Assembly: GCF_000016745.1 (NCBI RefSeq)
Contig: NC_009483.1
Location: 1,020,001-1,052,000 of the forward strand
Reading direction: 5' to 3'
Source: Geotalea uraniireducens Rf4
GTDB lineage: Bacteria; Desulfobacterota; Desulfuromonadia; Geobacterales; Geobacteraceae
Length of the DNA stretch: 32,000 nt
The notes beneath the pieces were generated by a model. It had not been told where the DNA came from. It saw nothing but the letters and a program-made list of their open reading frames with translations, and did not search any database. The position numbers and the translations under genes are program-made. Positions within the stretch are counted from its first letter, which is position 1. Each line of letters opens with the position of its first letter. Positions 15,587 to 25,189 of this stretch are shown piece by piece.

Positions 15587-17296
15587 ATGGCCAAGCTCGT
15601 CATAGATCCCATTACCAGAATAGAAGGTCATCTGCGCATCGAGGCCGAGTTGAGTAACGGAAAGGTCGCCGATGCCTGGTGCAGCAGTACCATGTTCCGC
15701 GGCATCGAAAAGATCCTCAAAGGGCGCGACCCGCGTGATGCATGGGTGTTCACCCAGCGGTTCTGCGGGGTCTGTACCACGGTGCATGCCATCGCTTCCA
15801 TCCGGACAGTAGAAAACGCCTTGGGAATAAGGGCGCCTGCCAATGCCGAACTGATCAGGAACATTGTCATCGGTATCCAGAACGTGCAGGACCATGTGAT
15901 CCACTTTTACCACCTCCATGCCCTGGACTGGGTCGATATCACCTCCGGGCTCAAGGCCGACCCGGCGAAGACTGCGGCGCTGGCAGCTTCCATTTCAGAC
16001 TGGCCGCTCAACTCTCCCACATATTTCAAGTCGGTGCAGGATAAACTGAAGGCCTTCGTCGGTCGCGGCAGGCTTGGCCCGTTTGCCAATGCCTACTGGG
16101 GGCATCCGGCCTACCGCCTCCCGCCGGAAGCGAACCTGATGGCTACCGCCCATTATCTCGAAGCGCTTGAATGGCAGAAGGATGTCATAAAAATTCACGC
16201 AATTCTCGGCAGCAAAAATCCCCATCCCCAGACTTTTCTCGTCGGTGGCATGGCGATAGCGCTCGATCCCAATTCCCAGTCTGCGCTCAACGATGCGAAG
16301 ATAGCGGAAATCAGGAGCCTTTTGGCAAAAACACGGGAGTTCGTGGAGAAGGTTTATATACCCGACCTGCTGGCAGTGGCGTCGTTTTACAAGGAATGGG
16401 CCGGTATCGGCGCCGGTGTCGGCAACTATCTCAGCTATGGTGAATTCCCCCGCGATAACAGCGGCAAGCGGGAAAAGCTCTGGCTGCCGCAGGGAATCAT
16501 CATCGGCAAGGACCTGACGAAAGTTCACCCGGTTGACCATAAGAAGATCAGCGAATACGTGGATCACTCCTGGTATGACTACTCGGTCGGTCAGGGGAAG
16601 GGACTGCATCCGTGGGACGGTGAGACGGAGCAGAACTACAGCGGTCCCAAGCCGCCCTACGAGTTTCTCGACACGAGCCGCAAATATTCATGGGTCAAGT
16701 CGCCGCGCTACGAGGACACACCCATGGAGGTCGGCCCGCTGGCGAGGATGCTCGTTGCTTACGCTTCAGGTCACATCCCTGTGAAAAAGGCTGTGGACGG
16801 TGTGCTGGCCAAGCTGAATGTGGGACCTGACGCCCTTTTCTCGACGCTCGGAAGGACCGCGGCCCGTGGCATAGAGACGCTGGTCATTGCCGAAGAGTTG
16901 CCCCAGTGGCTTGACCTGCTGGTGTCGAACATTGCCGGCGGCGATCTCTCCATTCATAACGGCGAAAAGTGGGATCCTGACCGCTGGCCGGCAGAAGCCT
17001 CCGGGTACGGCTTTCATGAGGCGCCTCGGGGCGCTCTGGGGCACTGGATAAGGATCAGAAACCAGAAAATACTCAATTACCAGGCAGTCGTCCCCAGCAC
17101 CTGGAACGCTTCCCCTCGCGATGCCAGGGGAGTGCGCGGCCCCTATGAGGAGGCGCTTGTCGGAACGCCGATGGCAGATCCGCAGAAGCCGCTGGAGATA
17201 TTGCGTACTGTGCATTCGTTCGACCCCTGTCTGGCCTGTGCCGTTCATCTGGTCGATCTGCAGCATAATGAACTGGTGCGGATTAACGTGACGTAG
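15587..17296 (+). CDS. hyaB: [NiFe] hydrogenase large subunit
   Basis: N-terminal RIEGH and RFCGVCTTVH motifs. C-terminal DPCLACAVH followed by a 15-aa extension (LVDLQHNELVRINVT) of the kind removed by the maturation endopeptidase. The start abuts the small-subunit stop. Confidence 0.95.
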   Translation: MAKLVIDPITRIEGHLRIEAELSNGKVADAWCSSTMFRGIEKILKGRDPRDAWVFTQRFCGVCTTVHAIASIRTVENALGIRAPANAELIRNIVIGIQNVQDHVIHFYHLHALDWVDITSGLKADPAKTAALAASISDWPLNSPTYFKSVQDKLKAFVGRGRLGPFANAYWGHPAYRLPPEANLMATAHYLEALEWQKDVIKIHAILGSKNPHPQTFLVGGMAIALDPNSQSALNDAKIAEIRSLLAKTREFVEKVYIPDLLAVASFYKEWAGIGAGVGNYLSYGEFPRDNSGKREKLWLPQGIIIGKDLTKVHPVDHKKISEYVDHSWYDYSVGQGKGLHPWDGETEQNYSGPKPPYEFLDTSRKYSWVKSPRYEDTPMEVGPLARMLVAYASGHIPVKKAVDGVLAKLNVGPDALFSTLGRTAARGIETLVIAEELPQWLDLLVSNIAGGDLSIHNGEKWDPDRWPAEASGYGFHEAPRGALGHWIRIRNQKILNYQAVVPSTWNASPRDARGVRGPYEEALVGTPMADPQKPLEILRTVHSFDPCLACAVHLVDLQHNELVRINVT

Positions 17297-17306
17297 GAGG
17301 CAAGCC

Positions 17307-17975
17307 ATGCGCGGTCCCATCTGTCAGTACAAACGCTATATCTGGCAATTGCCGGTCAGGATTACCCACTGGGTGAATGTGGTGGCCATTGTCGTTCTTG
17401 CAGTTACCGGCCTGTATATCGGTTCGCCGAAAACCCTGGCCCTTGACCCATCAGGCTATGTAATGGGGTGGGTGCGTTTTGTTCACTTTTCAACCGGATA
17501 CGCCTTTGCCGTCAGCGTGGCGAGCCGCATCTACTGGTCATTCGTCGGCAACAAGTATGCAAGCTGGAAGGCGTATTTTCCTGCATTTACTGCCGAAGGA
17601 CGTCGGCACATGAAGGAGATGTTCCGCTATTACTTCTTCCTCACCAGGGAGGTGCCGGAAACCGAGGGACATAATCCGCTGGCTGCTACGGCCTATGCGG
17701 GGATTCACCTCCTCTACCTGGTGATGATCGGCACCGGCTTTGCTATTTACTCCGAGTTTGCGCCCAATTCAATCATGCACAAGGCCCTGGGATGGATGTT
17801 TGCCATAGCAAGCAGTCAGCAGATACGGCTGATCCACCACGGTGTCATGTGGCTGATCCTGGCCTTTGTCTGCAACCATGTCTACAGCGCCTGGCTGATG
17901 GATGCCAAGGAGCATGGCGGGGAAGTTTCCAGCATCTTCAGCGGGTACAAGTTCATGCTGGATAAGGAGAAATAG
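17307..17975 (+). CDS. hyaC: Ni/Fe-hydrogenase b-type cytochrome subunit
   Basis: 222 aa with four hydrophobic helices and conserved His residues. TAGGAGG RBS. Its position after the large subunit matches hya-type operons. Confidence 0.85.
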   Translation: MRGPICQYKRYIWQLPVRITHWVNVVAIVVLAVTGLYIGSPKTLALDPSGYVMGWVRFVHFSTGYAFAVSVASRIYWSFVGNKYASWKAYFPAFTAEGRRHMKEMFRYYFFLTREVPETEGHNPLAATAYAGIHLLYLVMIGTGFAIYSEFAPNSIMHKALGWMFAIASSQQIRLIHHGVMWLILAFVCNHVYSAWLMDAKEHGGEVSSIFSGYKFMLDKEK

Positions 17976-17978
17976 ACT

Positions 17979-18140
17979 CTGCACACTCTTCTATCGGGTA
18001 TAGGCAACCTGGTCATGTCGGACGATGGTGTCGGGGGGATGGGCGTGCAGCCGGAAGAAACGGGGGGGGCGGTCTGGAGTTATATCCACAGGTTAAGACG
18101 CAGCTTGAATGGCGCTACGTCAATTGGAATTACAGACTAA
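17979..18140 (+). pseudogene. hyaD: Remnant of the hydrogenase maturation endopeptidase (HyaD/HybD family); only about 20 N-terminal residues are recognisable
   Basis: The translation directly after the hyaC stop reads LHTLLSGIGNLVMSDDGVGG.., matching the family N-terminal motif (hhhhGhGNxhxxD[ED]GhG). There is no ATG/GTG start. Similarity is lost after G-runs at 18033-18038 and 18063-18070. The frame ends at 18140 inside the 3' end of the convergent kinase gene. Only about 54 codons are available, versus about 150-165 aa for the family. Confidence 0.6.
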
Positions 18141-20058
18141 AATAGATGGTCGCTCCTTCCCCGACCACCCCCTCGGCCCAGACCCGTCCTCCATGGCGTT
18201 GAATGATTCGCTGCACCGTGGCGAGGCCGATGCCGTGCCCTTTGAATTCGGTCGTACCGGGGAGGCGGCAGAAGGGAGTAAACATCTTTTCGGCGTAGAC
18301 CATATCAAATCCGGCCCCGTTGTCGCGAACGAAGTAGACGGGATTACCACCGGACTTTTTCACACCGAACTCGATCACGGCGTTTTCCCTTTTCCCGGTG
18401 TACTTCCAGGCATTGCCGAGAAGATTTTCCAGGACGACCTGAATCAGCTTCCGATCCCCTACGGCCGTCACCCCTTTGGCGATGATGCATTTCACTTGCC
18501 GCTCAGGCTCATTTAACCTGAGTTCCGCTGTTATGACCTCTGCAATGATACTAAGGTCAATCGGTTCCCTGGTGATCTCGTTTCGCGACAGCCGGGAGAA
18601 GTTCAGAAGAGTGCTGATAAGCTGATCCATCCGTTCGGTTTCTTCAAAAATGTTTCGTATGTACCCCCTGCATTGATCATCGAGATTCTCACCGCAATAT
18701 GTCTGGAGTATCTGGCTGTAACTGCTGATGTTGGTCAATGGGGCGCGGAGGTCGTGGGAAACAGTGTAACTGAACGTTTCCAGTTCCTGGTTGGCAAGTT
18801 CGAGCTCGAATGCGCGGCTTGTCAGGTTCGTATTCAGTATTTCGATTTCTTCGGCAGTCCGTTTCCGTTCGGTCATGTCGTTAACCATGCTGAGCAGCAA
18901 CTGTTCCCCGTTTATTTCGATGGTCGTTGCCGAATATAACCCCCAAATCGCCTTTCCTTCTTTGTCTTTGAAGTTGAGTTCAAGATTGCGGACTTCGCCA
19001 TGCTCCTTGAGCATTTGAATCATTTTCTCGCGGTCAGCCGGGTTTGCCCAGATGTCGAGTTCGATCGATGTGCGGCCGGTAACGTCCTCACGCCGATGTT
19101 GCAGGAGCCGCTCGAAGGCTTCATTGACTTCGACATATCTGCCGTCTTCCAGTCTGGAGATAGTCAACACCATCGGCGAAGTGTGGAATGCTTTGGAGAA
19201 TTTTTCTTCGCTCTGTTTCAGTTCTCTGAACAGAATGTCATAGGGGCTGGCCAGTCCGGTCGCGATCATGGCCCTGTAAATGAGATAGAAGCCGATTAAC
19301 CTGAAAAGATGTCCTGCAAGGTTGCCCGTGCCGTAGTCATCCGCATACAGTGCGAAGGCCAGTTCAGCAATGATGAACAGAATAATCGACGTGGTGAGCA
19401 GTAAAGTGACATGCCGGTCGAACGCCCGGCGTTTTCGCAGGAGGACGACCAGGGCGGTGAGAAACAGAAGCGAAATCATGTATTCACTGGCTTTATAGAA
19501 AGGGGTCGGTCCAATTCCCTCTATAAAACAGGTGGGAAAAATCTGCCCGGTAAAAATGGAGGCAAGGATCAGTGCGACGACAGCGGCATAGCAGGAAGCC
19601 AGTAAACCCGGTTTGAGCCGGCGATTGAGGAACAGCGGTGCGAGCAACAGGGAAATGCTTTGCAGGTAACGGGCCGCAATCCTGAACTGGGTTGCCAGGT
19701 TGACGCTGGTAGTCTGGAATACCCCCATGTTCTTGTAAGACAGGGCATGGAGGAGATCGATTGTCGCAACAAAGAGATATGCGATGCCGATGAACAGAAG
19801 GTAGTTGTTGTTCAGGAAACGCCGAGTGTTCCAGGCGATCATGAATATGCTGCAGGCGCCTACAACGGAGAAAATTTCAACAAGGGTATGGAACCGGAGG
19901 TAGCTGTGCAAGCTTGCCAGATACAGGCCGAACAGAAACGCAATCCCCAACAGGAGACTTTCGTAATTGTTGAACAGAGTAGGATTTAGGGGGTATTTTT
20001 TGTCGGATTGTCCCATGATAATGCCCGTGATATCGCATGGTGTTTGATGTGTATACAA
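18130..20058 (-). CDS. Sensor histidine kinase: polytopic membrane sensor domain (MASE3-like), PAS, HisKA, HATPase
   Basis: H-box TVSHDLRAPL, N-box LLGNAWKY, DNGAGF and GHGIGLATV. A PAS-like segment precedes the coiled coil. The N-terminal roughly 270 aa are hydrophobic, with an LRFHTLVEIFSV-type motif. The start is uncertain: 20058 or ATG 20016 (MGQSDKK). Confidence 0.85.
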   Translation of the reverse strand: MYTHQTPCDITGIIMGQSDKKYPLNPTLFNNYESLLLGIAFLFGLYLASLHSYLRFHTLVEIFSVVGACSIFMIAWNTRRFLNNNYLLFIGIAYLFVATIDLLHALSYKNMGVFQTTSVNLATQFRIAARYLQSISLLLAPLFLNRRLKPGLLASCYAAVVALILASIFTGQIFPTCFIEGIGPTPFYKASEYMISLLFLTALVVLLRKRRAFDRHVTLLLTTSIILFIIAELAFALYADDYGTGNLAGHLFRLIGFYLIYRAMIATGLASPYDILFRELKQSEEKFSKAFHTSPMVLTISRLEDGRYVEVNEAFERLLQHRREDVTGRTSIELDIWANPADREKMIQMLKEHGEVRNLELNFKDKEGKAIWGLYSATTIEINGEQLLLSMVNDMTERKRTAEEIEILNTNLTSRAFELELANQELETFSYTVSHDLRAPLTNISSYSQILQTYCGENLDDQCRGYIRNIFEETERMDQLISTLLNFSRLSRNEITREPIDLSIIAEVITAELRLNEPERQVKCIIAKGVTAVGDRKLIQVVLENLLGNAWKYTGKRENAVIEFGVKKSGGNPVYFVRDNGAGFDMVYAEKMFTPFCRLPGTTEFKGHGIGLATVQRIIQRHGGRVWAEGVVGEGATIYFSL

Positions 20059-20187
20059 ATAAGCAACAAAATGGGATCATTTGTCAAGCTATTAACGGGG
20101 AAGGGAGACGTTATCGACGTTTTTAATGAAGGGAGTTTGTCTGCTGTGTATGCAGCATCTTCAGCCCGGCTTTTGCTGTTAAGCTGG

Positions 20188-22317
20188 TTAGTGCAGCGTT
20201 GGATCTTTCCAGGTCATGTCCGGCCATTTTATGTTGGAAAGGAGTGTGGTCATCTCGGCTACCGGAAGGGGCTTGCTGAATAAATAACCTTGCATTTCCG
20301 GGCAGTTGAGGCCGTCGAGCAGCTTCATTTGCTCCAGGGTTTCGACCCCTTCGGCTATGACGTTGAGCCTGAGGCTTTGTGCCATGGTAATGACCGCTAT
20401 GGCAATGGCCGCATCGTCGGCGTTGGTATTTATGTCATGGACAAAGGAGCGATCGATTTTCAATGTCTGGATGGGAAGCTTTTTTATATAGGAAAGCGAC
20501 GAATAACCCGTGCCGAAGTCGTCGATGGAGATATGTATCCCCAGATTGCTCAATCTATTTAGCGTCTGTACGGTTTTTTCCACATTCTGCAGCATGACGT
20601 TTTCGGTCAGTTCCAGTTCAAGCCAGCAGGGAGCGAGATCTGCTTCACCCAATATCTGCTCGACCATATCCGTCAGCCTTGGCTGCTGGAATTGCCGCGG
20701 CGAAAAGTTCACGGCGACGCGCATGGGGGGATAATTTAGCAGCTGCCATGTTTTGTTTTGGGCGCAGGCGGTGCGAAGCACCCATTCGCCGAGGGGAATG
20801 ATCAGTCCGGTGTCTTCAGCCAGGGGGATGAACTGATTTGGCAGGATAAGTCCCATCTCCGGGTTCTGCCAGCGGACGAGCGCTTCGAGACAGACGATCT
20901 GGCCGGTTTTGATATTGACCTTCGGTTGATAGTAGAGGGAAAATTCCTCACGTTGAAGGGCCTTACGCAGGCTGTTCTCCATTGTCAGCCGGCGGAATGC
21001 CTGCTCATCCATGGAAGATGTGTAAAGGTGGTACCTGCTCCGACCTTGTTCCTTGGCGCGGTACATGGCCATGTCGGCGTTTTTTATCAGGGTTTCCGTG
21101 TCTCTGCCGTCATTGGGGAAAATGCTGATCCCGATGCAGGTGCTGATGAAAAGCTCGATGTCCGGGAGGACGAAGACCTGGGTGAAGGCGTCGATGATCT
21201 TCTGTGCGACCCTGACCGCCTCTTGCACATCATCGATGTCGGGGAGGAGGATGATGAATTCATCACCGCCGCGTCGGGCAACGGTATCCCGGTCACGCCG
21301 GCAGCATTCCTTGAGACGATGGGCTGAAGCCTGGAGAAGCTGATCGCCTACGGTATGGCCGAGAGTGTCGTTGATATGCTTGAATCGGTCGAGGTCGAGG
21401 AAAAGCACGGCGAGAAGCCGGTTGTGCCGATGGGCCTGAGCCAGGGCAAGATGCATCAGTTCGTTGAACAGATGGCGATTGGGGAGGCCTGTGAGGGTAT
21501 CGTAGTATGCCATCTGCTTTATGGTTTCTTCTGCCTGTTTTCGTTCGGTTATGTCTTCCTGAAAGGCTATGAAGTGGGTGATCTGTTCGTTTCCGTTGGT
21601 AATCGGCGAGATGGAGGCTGAAGCCCAGTAGAGTTCGCCGTTCTTTTTCCGGTTATGAAATTCACCCCACCACTCCCCGCCGCCACTTATGATTTCCCAT
21701 AATTTGCGGTATTCTTCCGGTGGAGTTTCACCTGACTTCAAAATATGCGGCTTTTTGCCGATCGTTTCTGCGGAGGTATAACCGGTCAACTGCGTAAACC
21801 GGGGGTTTACATACTCAATTGTGCCGGAAGTGTCGGTGATGATAATGGCTACCGGACTCTGTTCAACGGCGCGGGACAATTTGCGGATGAATTTTTCCTG
21901 TTCACGGATCTGCCGTTCCCACTTGATGCTGGTCATGCATTGTCCGATTACCGCCCGGAGCTTGTTGTGGTTGATCGGTTTCAGCACGTAGTGATTGATG
22001 CCGATGTCGATGGCGTCAATGATGTGGCCTGTGTCGTTGTGTGCGGAAATGACGATGATCTTGGCTTCTTTGTTCAGCTGCTTGATTTCCTTTGCCATCG
22101 TGATACCGTCCATGACCGGCATCTGCATATCGGTAAGGACAATATCCGGTGCATGTTTTTTAAACAATGCGAGCCCCTCTTGACCGTTGCTCGCCTGCAA
22201 TAAAGTCACATCGGGGAATTTATTGGTTATCACCAGTGAGATCAGCTCTCTGGTTGCCCTGTCATCTTCCACATATAAAAGTGTCGGAGCGGTTGTCAAA
22301 CCATCCGGGATATTCAT
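20188..22317 (-). CDS. Response regulator with REC-PAS-GGDEF-EAL architecture (c-di-GMP turnover)
   Basis: REC domain (TLLYVEDD..DIVLTDMQMPVMDG), PAS, an intact GGDEF motif (RRGGDEFIILL) and intact EAL signatures (CLEALVRW, DDFGTGYSSL, KIDRSFV). ATG at 22317 (MNIPDG) is preferred over the track's GTG at 22338. Confidence 0.9.
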   Translation of the reverse strand: MNIPDGLTTAPTLLYVEDDRATRELISLVITNKFPDVTLLQASNGQEGLALFKKHAPDIVLTDMQMPVMDGITMAKEIKQLNKEAKIIVISAHNDTGHIIDAIDIGINHYVLKPINHNKLRAVIGQCMTSIKWERQIREQEKFIRKLSRAVEQSPVAIIITDTSGTIEYVNPRFTQLTGYTSAETIGKKPHILKSGETPPEEYRKLWEIISGGGEWWGEFHNRKKNGELYWASASISPITNGNEQITHFIAFQEDITERKQAEETIKQMAYYDTLTGLPNRHLFNELMHLALAQAHRHNRLLAVLFLDLDRFKHINDTLGHTVGDQLLQASAHRLKECCRRDRDTVARRGGDEFIILLPDIDDVQEAVRVAQKIIDAFTQVFVLPDIELFISTCIGISIFPNDGRDTETLIKNADMAMYRAKEQGRSRYHLYTSSMDEQAFRRLTMENSLRKALQREEFSLYYQPKVNIKTGQIVCLEALVRWQNPEMGLILPNQFIPLAEDTGLIIPLGEWVLRTACAQNKTWQLLNYPPMRVAVNFSPRQFQQPRLTDMVEQILGEADLAPCWLELELTENVMLQNVEKTVQTLNRLSNLGIHISIDDFGTGYSSLSYIKKLPIQTLKIDRSFVHDINTNADDAAIAIAVITMAQSLRLNVIAEGVETLEQMKLLDGLNCPEMQGYLFSKPLPVAEMTTLLSNIKWPDMTWKDPTLH

Positions 22318-22625
22318 GAAAAAAACCCTTTTGCCCACGAACAGGCCCGAATTAAATTAAATATTAATTATCGTTAACCCCAGTCTATTAAATCAGATTT
22401 ATTGCCGTAGTCAATCGGGCAAAAATGTAAACAAACGACCCTTTTTGCCGTTTGCCGACTGGCGCATGACGGAGAAGCTCCTTGTCCGTACGGCCAGGAA
22501 CAGAGCGGAGGATGCGCCGGTTTGAAGGATGAATGCCTGTTGGTACGGGATGGCGTGCCATGGCTTGCATTCGCTCCCTGCCGTGCTAATCTAGTGGTAA
22601 CTATCCAATGCGTGAGGTGTGATAC

Positions 22626-22817
22626 ATGAAAGAATCAACACATGAAGACGTCTGCCAAAGAACAGAGCATAAAGACGAGAGGGTCAGGCTGAGAAATACA
22701 AGGACGGGTGTGACCGGGGTTACCTTCGGCTGCACCACCGAAGGGGGAACGATCCAGGTAGAGTTGGAGGATGGCACACTGGACAGCTGGACCTCGGACG
22801 AGTGCGAAGAGGTTTGA
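22626..22817 (+). CDS. Small hypothetical protein (63 aa)
   Basis: GAGGTG lies 7 nt upstream of the ATG. The composition is hydrophilic, with three Cys residues. No family recognised. Confidence 0.4.
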   Translation: MKESTHEDVCQRTEHKDERVRLRNTRTGVTGVTFGCTTEGGTIQVELEDGTLDSWTSDECEEV

Positions 22818-22846
22818 GAGAGGATTTGCGTTGGGTAATGGGCGGA

Positions 22847-23437
22847 TTAATCCTTGGAGTAGAGCACTGCGACCGCTTTGGCCTGCTGTGAGCCGATGGA
22901 GACATATCCATGGGGCTCCGAAGAGTCGTAATAGATGCTATCGCCCGGTTGCAGGGTCATAATTTCCTGACCGTAGTGAAATTCCAGTTCACCTTCGAGC
23001 AGATATATGAACTCGACCCCTTCATGGCTGTAAAAACGGCTGTCGTCCCATGCGGTTTCTTCGAACGCCACGAGAAACGGCTCTATTTGCTTGTGGCGGA
23101 TGCCCGGGGCGAGCGGTCGGTAAAGATATCCCTGGACAATGTCGCTTCCTGCCCTGCGCTTACTTGCAGGTCCGCTACCGCCGCGGGTCAGGACGAATTT
23201 TTGCCGGTCACCTTCTTCTTCAAAAAAGTAATGAATACCGACCTTGAGCCCTTTTGCAATCTTGAGCAACGTCGCTATGGGAGGTGTGACCTGATCGTTT
23301 TCAATCTGCGACAGGAGGGGTTTTGACAAGCCTGTCAATTCGGCGAGCTCCTGCAGGGTGAGCCTTCTCTCCTGCCTCAGTTTTCTGGCCTTCTCCCCCA
23401 ACTTTAGTTCGCGAATTTCAGGTTTTATCTCTTTCAT
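22847..23437 (-). CDS. XRE-family HTH transcriptional regulator with a C-terminal cupin domain
   Basis: HTH segment LGEKARKLRQERRLTLQELAELTGLSKPLLSQIENDQ. C-terminal cupin-like beta region (H.GVEFIYLLEGELEF..GDSIYYDSSEPHGY). ATG at 23437 is preceded by GGGAGACG. Confidence 0.85.
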   Translation of the reverse strand: MKEIKPEIRELKLGEKARKLRQERRLTLQELAELTGLSKPLLSQIENDQVTPPIATLLKIAKGLKVGIHYFFEEEGDRQKFVLTRGGSGPASKRRAGSDIVQGYLYRPLAPGIRHKQIEPFLVAFEETAWDDSRFYSHEGVEFIYLLEGELEFHYGQEIMTLQPGDSIYYDSSEPHGYVSIGSQQAKAVAVLYSKD

Positions 23438-23701
23438 AATCGTCTCCCTGTTCACGGGTTATATGCAAAACAACGATGCACGTCAAGGGCTTATTTTCAG
23501 AGACGTATCTGCATGGTCGGCTGATGAGTTGATTCGTGCCCATCCGAGTTTCCGGAAGGACACGAATTAGTTGTTTCTACGCCGAAAACCGGTTTCGGGC
23601 GCGGCAGCTTCCGTGATGAAATCCGTTGACACAAAGTCGGTTTTTGGCTAACCTTGCAAAGGTTTAAGTTGCTTACACAGGCAATGTGTGGAGTTTTTTC
23701 G

Positions 23702-25132
23702 ATGAAAATCCGTATTATTATTTTTTTGTTGATGCTGGCCACCCTTCTTTCGGCTTGCAAAAAGAAGGAAGAAGCCTATTTCTTTGAATCAAACCGCAAA
23801 GGGACTGCCGAGGCCCCGGTAAAAGAAGTACCCAAGGACATCCTTGCCACCCAGCAGGCTTTCGCCAATGTGGTAAAAGCGGTTAACCCGGCAGTGGTCA
23901 ATATTTCCACGGTGAGCAAGAAAAAGCTCGTGCAGCCGTTCTTCGAGATGTCCCCCCTTTTCGATGATTTTTTCGGCGGCAGGGGTGGGACGCCCCAATA
24001 CCGCCGTGAAAACAGCCTGGGTTCCGGCTTTATCATCAACCGGGACGGATACATCATCACCAACGATCATGTGGTGCGGGATGCGGAGAGCATCCAGGTA
24101 AAACTTTCCAACGAAAATGTTTATAGCGGCAAAGTGGTCGGCAGCGATCCCAAAACCGACATCGCGGTGATCAAGATCAACGCCAAGGAACAGCTCCCGG
24201 TGGCAGTGCTGGGCGATTCCGACAAACTCCAGGTAGGACAGTGGGCCATTGCTATCGGCAACCCGTTCGGTCTCGACCGGACCGTTACCGTCGGGGTGGT
24301 GTCGGCGACCGGCCGTTCCAATATGGGGATCGAAACCTACGAGAACTTCATCCAGACGGACGCTTCCATCAACCCGGGCAATTCCGGCGGACCGCTCTTG
24401 AATGTCTATGGCGAGGTAATCGGCATCAATACTGCCATTGTAGCGGCAGGCCAGGGCATCGGCTTCGCCATTCCCATAAATATGGCGAAACGGGCAGTGC
24501 CGCAGTTGATAAAAAAGGGGAATGTCAGCCGCGGTTGGCTGGGTGTTTCCATTCAGCCGGTGACGGAAGAGATTGCCCAGTCCTTTGGCTTGAAACGGGC
24601 ACAAGGTGCCTTGGTGAGCGATATAATGGCGGGGAGCCCTGCTGCCAAGGCCGGCCTCAGGCAGGGTGACATCATAACCGGGATTGCCGGCAAAGAGATA
24701 AAGTCCGTCCAGCAACTCCAGTTGCTGGTGGCTGATATGCCGGTCGGCTCTCCGGTGGAGATAGAGGTTTTCCGCGAAGGCCGGGCAAAAAAACTTTCAA
24801 TCATCCCTGCCTCCGCTGACAGTGCCGCGGGTGCGAAGCCTAAATCGGTCGAGACGGAAACGGCATGGGTCGGATTGTCGGTAGAGGAACTCCCCCGTGA
24901 TATACGACTGAAGGGTCTGCAGGGTGTTGTCGTGACGAGCGTTGAGCCGGGCAGCCTTGCTGCCGACAGCGGCATCCAGCAGGGCGATGTCGTTGTTTCA
25001 GTCAACCAGAGAAAGATCGCCGGTGTGAACGACTATGCAAAGGCCATGAAAGATGCTGAAAAGAAAGGGTCCGTAGCCCTGCTGGTAAGGCGGGGGGATG
25101 CCAGCATCTATTTTGCGATCAGAATAAAGTAG
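23702..25132 (+). CDS. degP: Periplasmic serine endoprotease, DegP/DegQ/HtrA family, with two PDZ domains; probable lipoprotein
   Basis: Lipobox LLSAC in MKIRIIIFLLMLATLLSACKK. Catalytic motifs TNDHVV, D..AVIK and GNSGGPL. Two PDZ-like segments. ATG at 23702 is preferred over the track start at 23654. Confidence 0.9.
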   Translation: MKIRIIIFLLMLATLLSACKKKEEAYFFESNRKGTAEAPVKEVPKDILATQQAFANVVKAVNPAVVNISTVSKKKLVQPFFEMSPLFDDFFGGRGGTPQYRRENSLGSGFIINRDGYIITNDHVVRDAESIQVKLSNENVYSGKVVGSDPKTDIAVIKINAKEQLPVAVLGDSDKLQVGQWAIAIGNPFGLDRTVTVGVVSATGRSNMGIETYENFIQTDASINPGNSGGPLLNVYGEVIGINTAIVAAGQGIGFAIPINMAKRAVPQLIKKGNVSRGWLGVSIQPVTEEIAQSFGLKRAQGALVSDIMAGSPAAKAGLRQGDIITGIAGKEIKSVQQLQLLVADMPVGSPVEIEVFREGRAKKLSIIPASADSAAGAKPKSVETETAWVGLSVEELPRDIRLKGLQGVVVTSVEPGSLAADSGIQQGDVVVSVNQRKIAGVNDYAKAMKDAEKKGSVALLVRRGDASIYFAIRIK

Positions 25133-25189
25133 TATCTGCAGCGGAAATTGGGTACATTATAAAAACAAAACCAGCAGTCAGGGGAAACC

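Noticed and set aside
14855-15919. 354-aa minus-strand ORF spanning the hydrogenase small/large subunit junction
   Set aside because: It is a shadow frame antisense to two unambiguous hydrogenase genes.
22388-22570. 60-aa minus-strand ORF in the intergenic region upstream of the GGDEF-EAL gene
   Set aside because: It has no RBS and is Arg/Pro-rich. It lies in what is more plausibly the promoter/leader region.
22541-22580. TGGCGTGCCATGGCTTGCAT (and TGGCACGCCATCCCG on the reverse strand) as a possible sigma-54 promoter
   Set aside because: Neither strand places a GC dinucleotide at the required distance from the GG.
23789-24715. 308-aa minus-strand ORF
   Set aside because: It is antisense to the DegP/HtrA gene and matches no family.
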